This document shows positions 31,563 to 32,000 of a stretch of 32,000 bases of DNA, piece by piece. The notes under the pieces are model-generated. The model saw only the letters and a list, made by a program, of their open reading frames with translations. It did not search any database and had not been told where the DNA came from. The stretch comes from Candidatus Saccharimonadota bacterium (GTDB lineage: Bacteria; Patescibacteriota; Gracilibacteria; BD1-5; UBA2023): contig BAAFHK010000001.1 of assembly GCA_042852035.1 (NCBI GenBank), forward strand, positions 480,001-512,000. Reading direction: 5' to 3'. Both the position numbers and the translations under genes were made by a program. How positions within the stretch are numbered: position 1 is the stretch's first letter; each line of letters begins with the position of its first letter.

Positions 31563-32000
31563 ATGACAACTAAAAGTAATATTTTTTATCTTGCTATAAC
31601 AGGAATCTTTTCATCTATTTTAGCAGGATATATTCTCGTAGGAGCACATGGTGGACATGGGGACGAAGAAGCAGAAAATCTCGGATGAGATTCTTCTGTC
31701 ACACTCTCGACATGAGCTACTTTTACCACACTACAAGTAGCAGATATGAGTAACCTCTCAATACCCACCTATCCATGAACAGTACTATCAGATAACTATG
31801 GGTCGATATTTCCAGAACGCCAGTGAATCATAGGGGAACTTCTCGTAAGTCTCGGAGATACCGTGAAAAAATGACAACGAGTTGCTACCATCAATGCTCC
31901 TACTAATACTCCAGAAATGGTGAGTATGGTAGCATGACAACGAGCTGAAATTGCTATAGCTCAATGAGAGCTTCAGAGTGCGAAAGAAAAACTCATCTAC
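31563..32000 (+). CDS. Efflux transporter periplasmic adaptor (membrane fusion protein/HlyD family), 3'-truncated
   Basis: ATG 31563 in frame 3, open to the window end with TGA=Gly. N-terminal TM: IFYLAITGIFSSILAGYILV, then HGGHGDEE. Lipoyl-like hairpin: GIIGELLVSLGDTVKKGQRVATI. Confidence 0.65.

Noticed and set aside
1-32000. Fragmented ORFs could mean the region is full of pseudogenes with nonsense mutations.
   Set aside because: All interruptions are TGA and none is TAA or TAG. The TGA codons fall on invariant Gly positions of unrelated families, and the frames stay intact for up to 1057 codons. Systematic recoding explains this far better than decay.
1-32000. TGA read as Trp (table 4, Mycoplasma-like).
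   Set aside because: The TGA positions match conserved Gly in P-loops (GxxGxGKS/T), DEVGLGKT, FGGSGST, HHG and YQRGY. TGG is used separately at plausible Trp positions, for example WKFTQLIVW and SWAPDRL.
1-32000. CRISPR arrays, rRNA genes, or additional tRNAs (including the tRNA-Gly-UCA needed for recoding).
   Set aside because: By eye I saw no regularly spaced direct repeats, no rRNA-like segments and no second cloverleaf. The suppressor-type tRNA is presumably encoded elsewhere.

Overview
This AT-rich bacterial window only makes sense if TGA is read as glycine. That is translation table 25, known from SR1/Absconditabacteria and Gracilibacteria in the CPR. Only TAA and TAG terminate. The supplied standard-code ORF track is therefore fragmented, so I re-joined fragments by hand through in-frame TGA codons and checked frames against the track coordinates.

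Layout:
1. Left flank, + strand, housekeeping: the 3' part of pheT, a bifunctional rel/spoT, a small membrane protein and tRNA-Gln(CUG).
2. From about 5.3 kb to 30.5 kb, an accessory region almost entirely on the - strand:
- A large serine recombinase, terminase large and small subunits, and two paralogous beta-class DNA methyltransferases (one ParB-fused). This looks like a prophage remnant or satellite-like element.
- A LexA-led five-gene operon ending in a membrane protein and an MBL-fold hydrolase.
- A tightly packed 13.5 kb five-gene operon: SNF2 helicase, 1013-aa Mod-like methyltransferase, NERD/SF1 helicase, helical-repeat/OB-like protein, and a Res-like DExH helicase with a C-terminal PD-(D/E)xK motif. 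It is a hybrid of Type III R-M and class 1 DISARM parts and is my best candidate for an undescribed defence system.
- A divergent GmrSD-type (DUF262/DUF1524) Type IV enzyme behind a highly structured leader.
3. Right flank, + strand, metal homeostasis: a 25-aa Cys-rich peptide, a CsoR repressor, a His-rich exported protein and a truncated efflux adaptor.

I saw no rRNA and no CRISPR array. All homology calls rest on motif recognition by eye and none was searched against a database.
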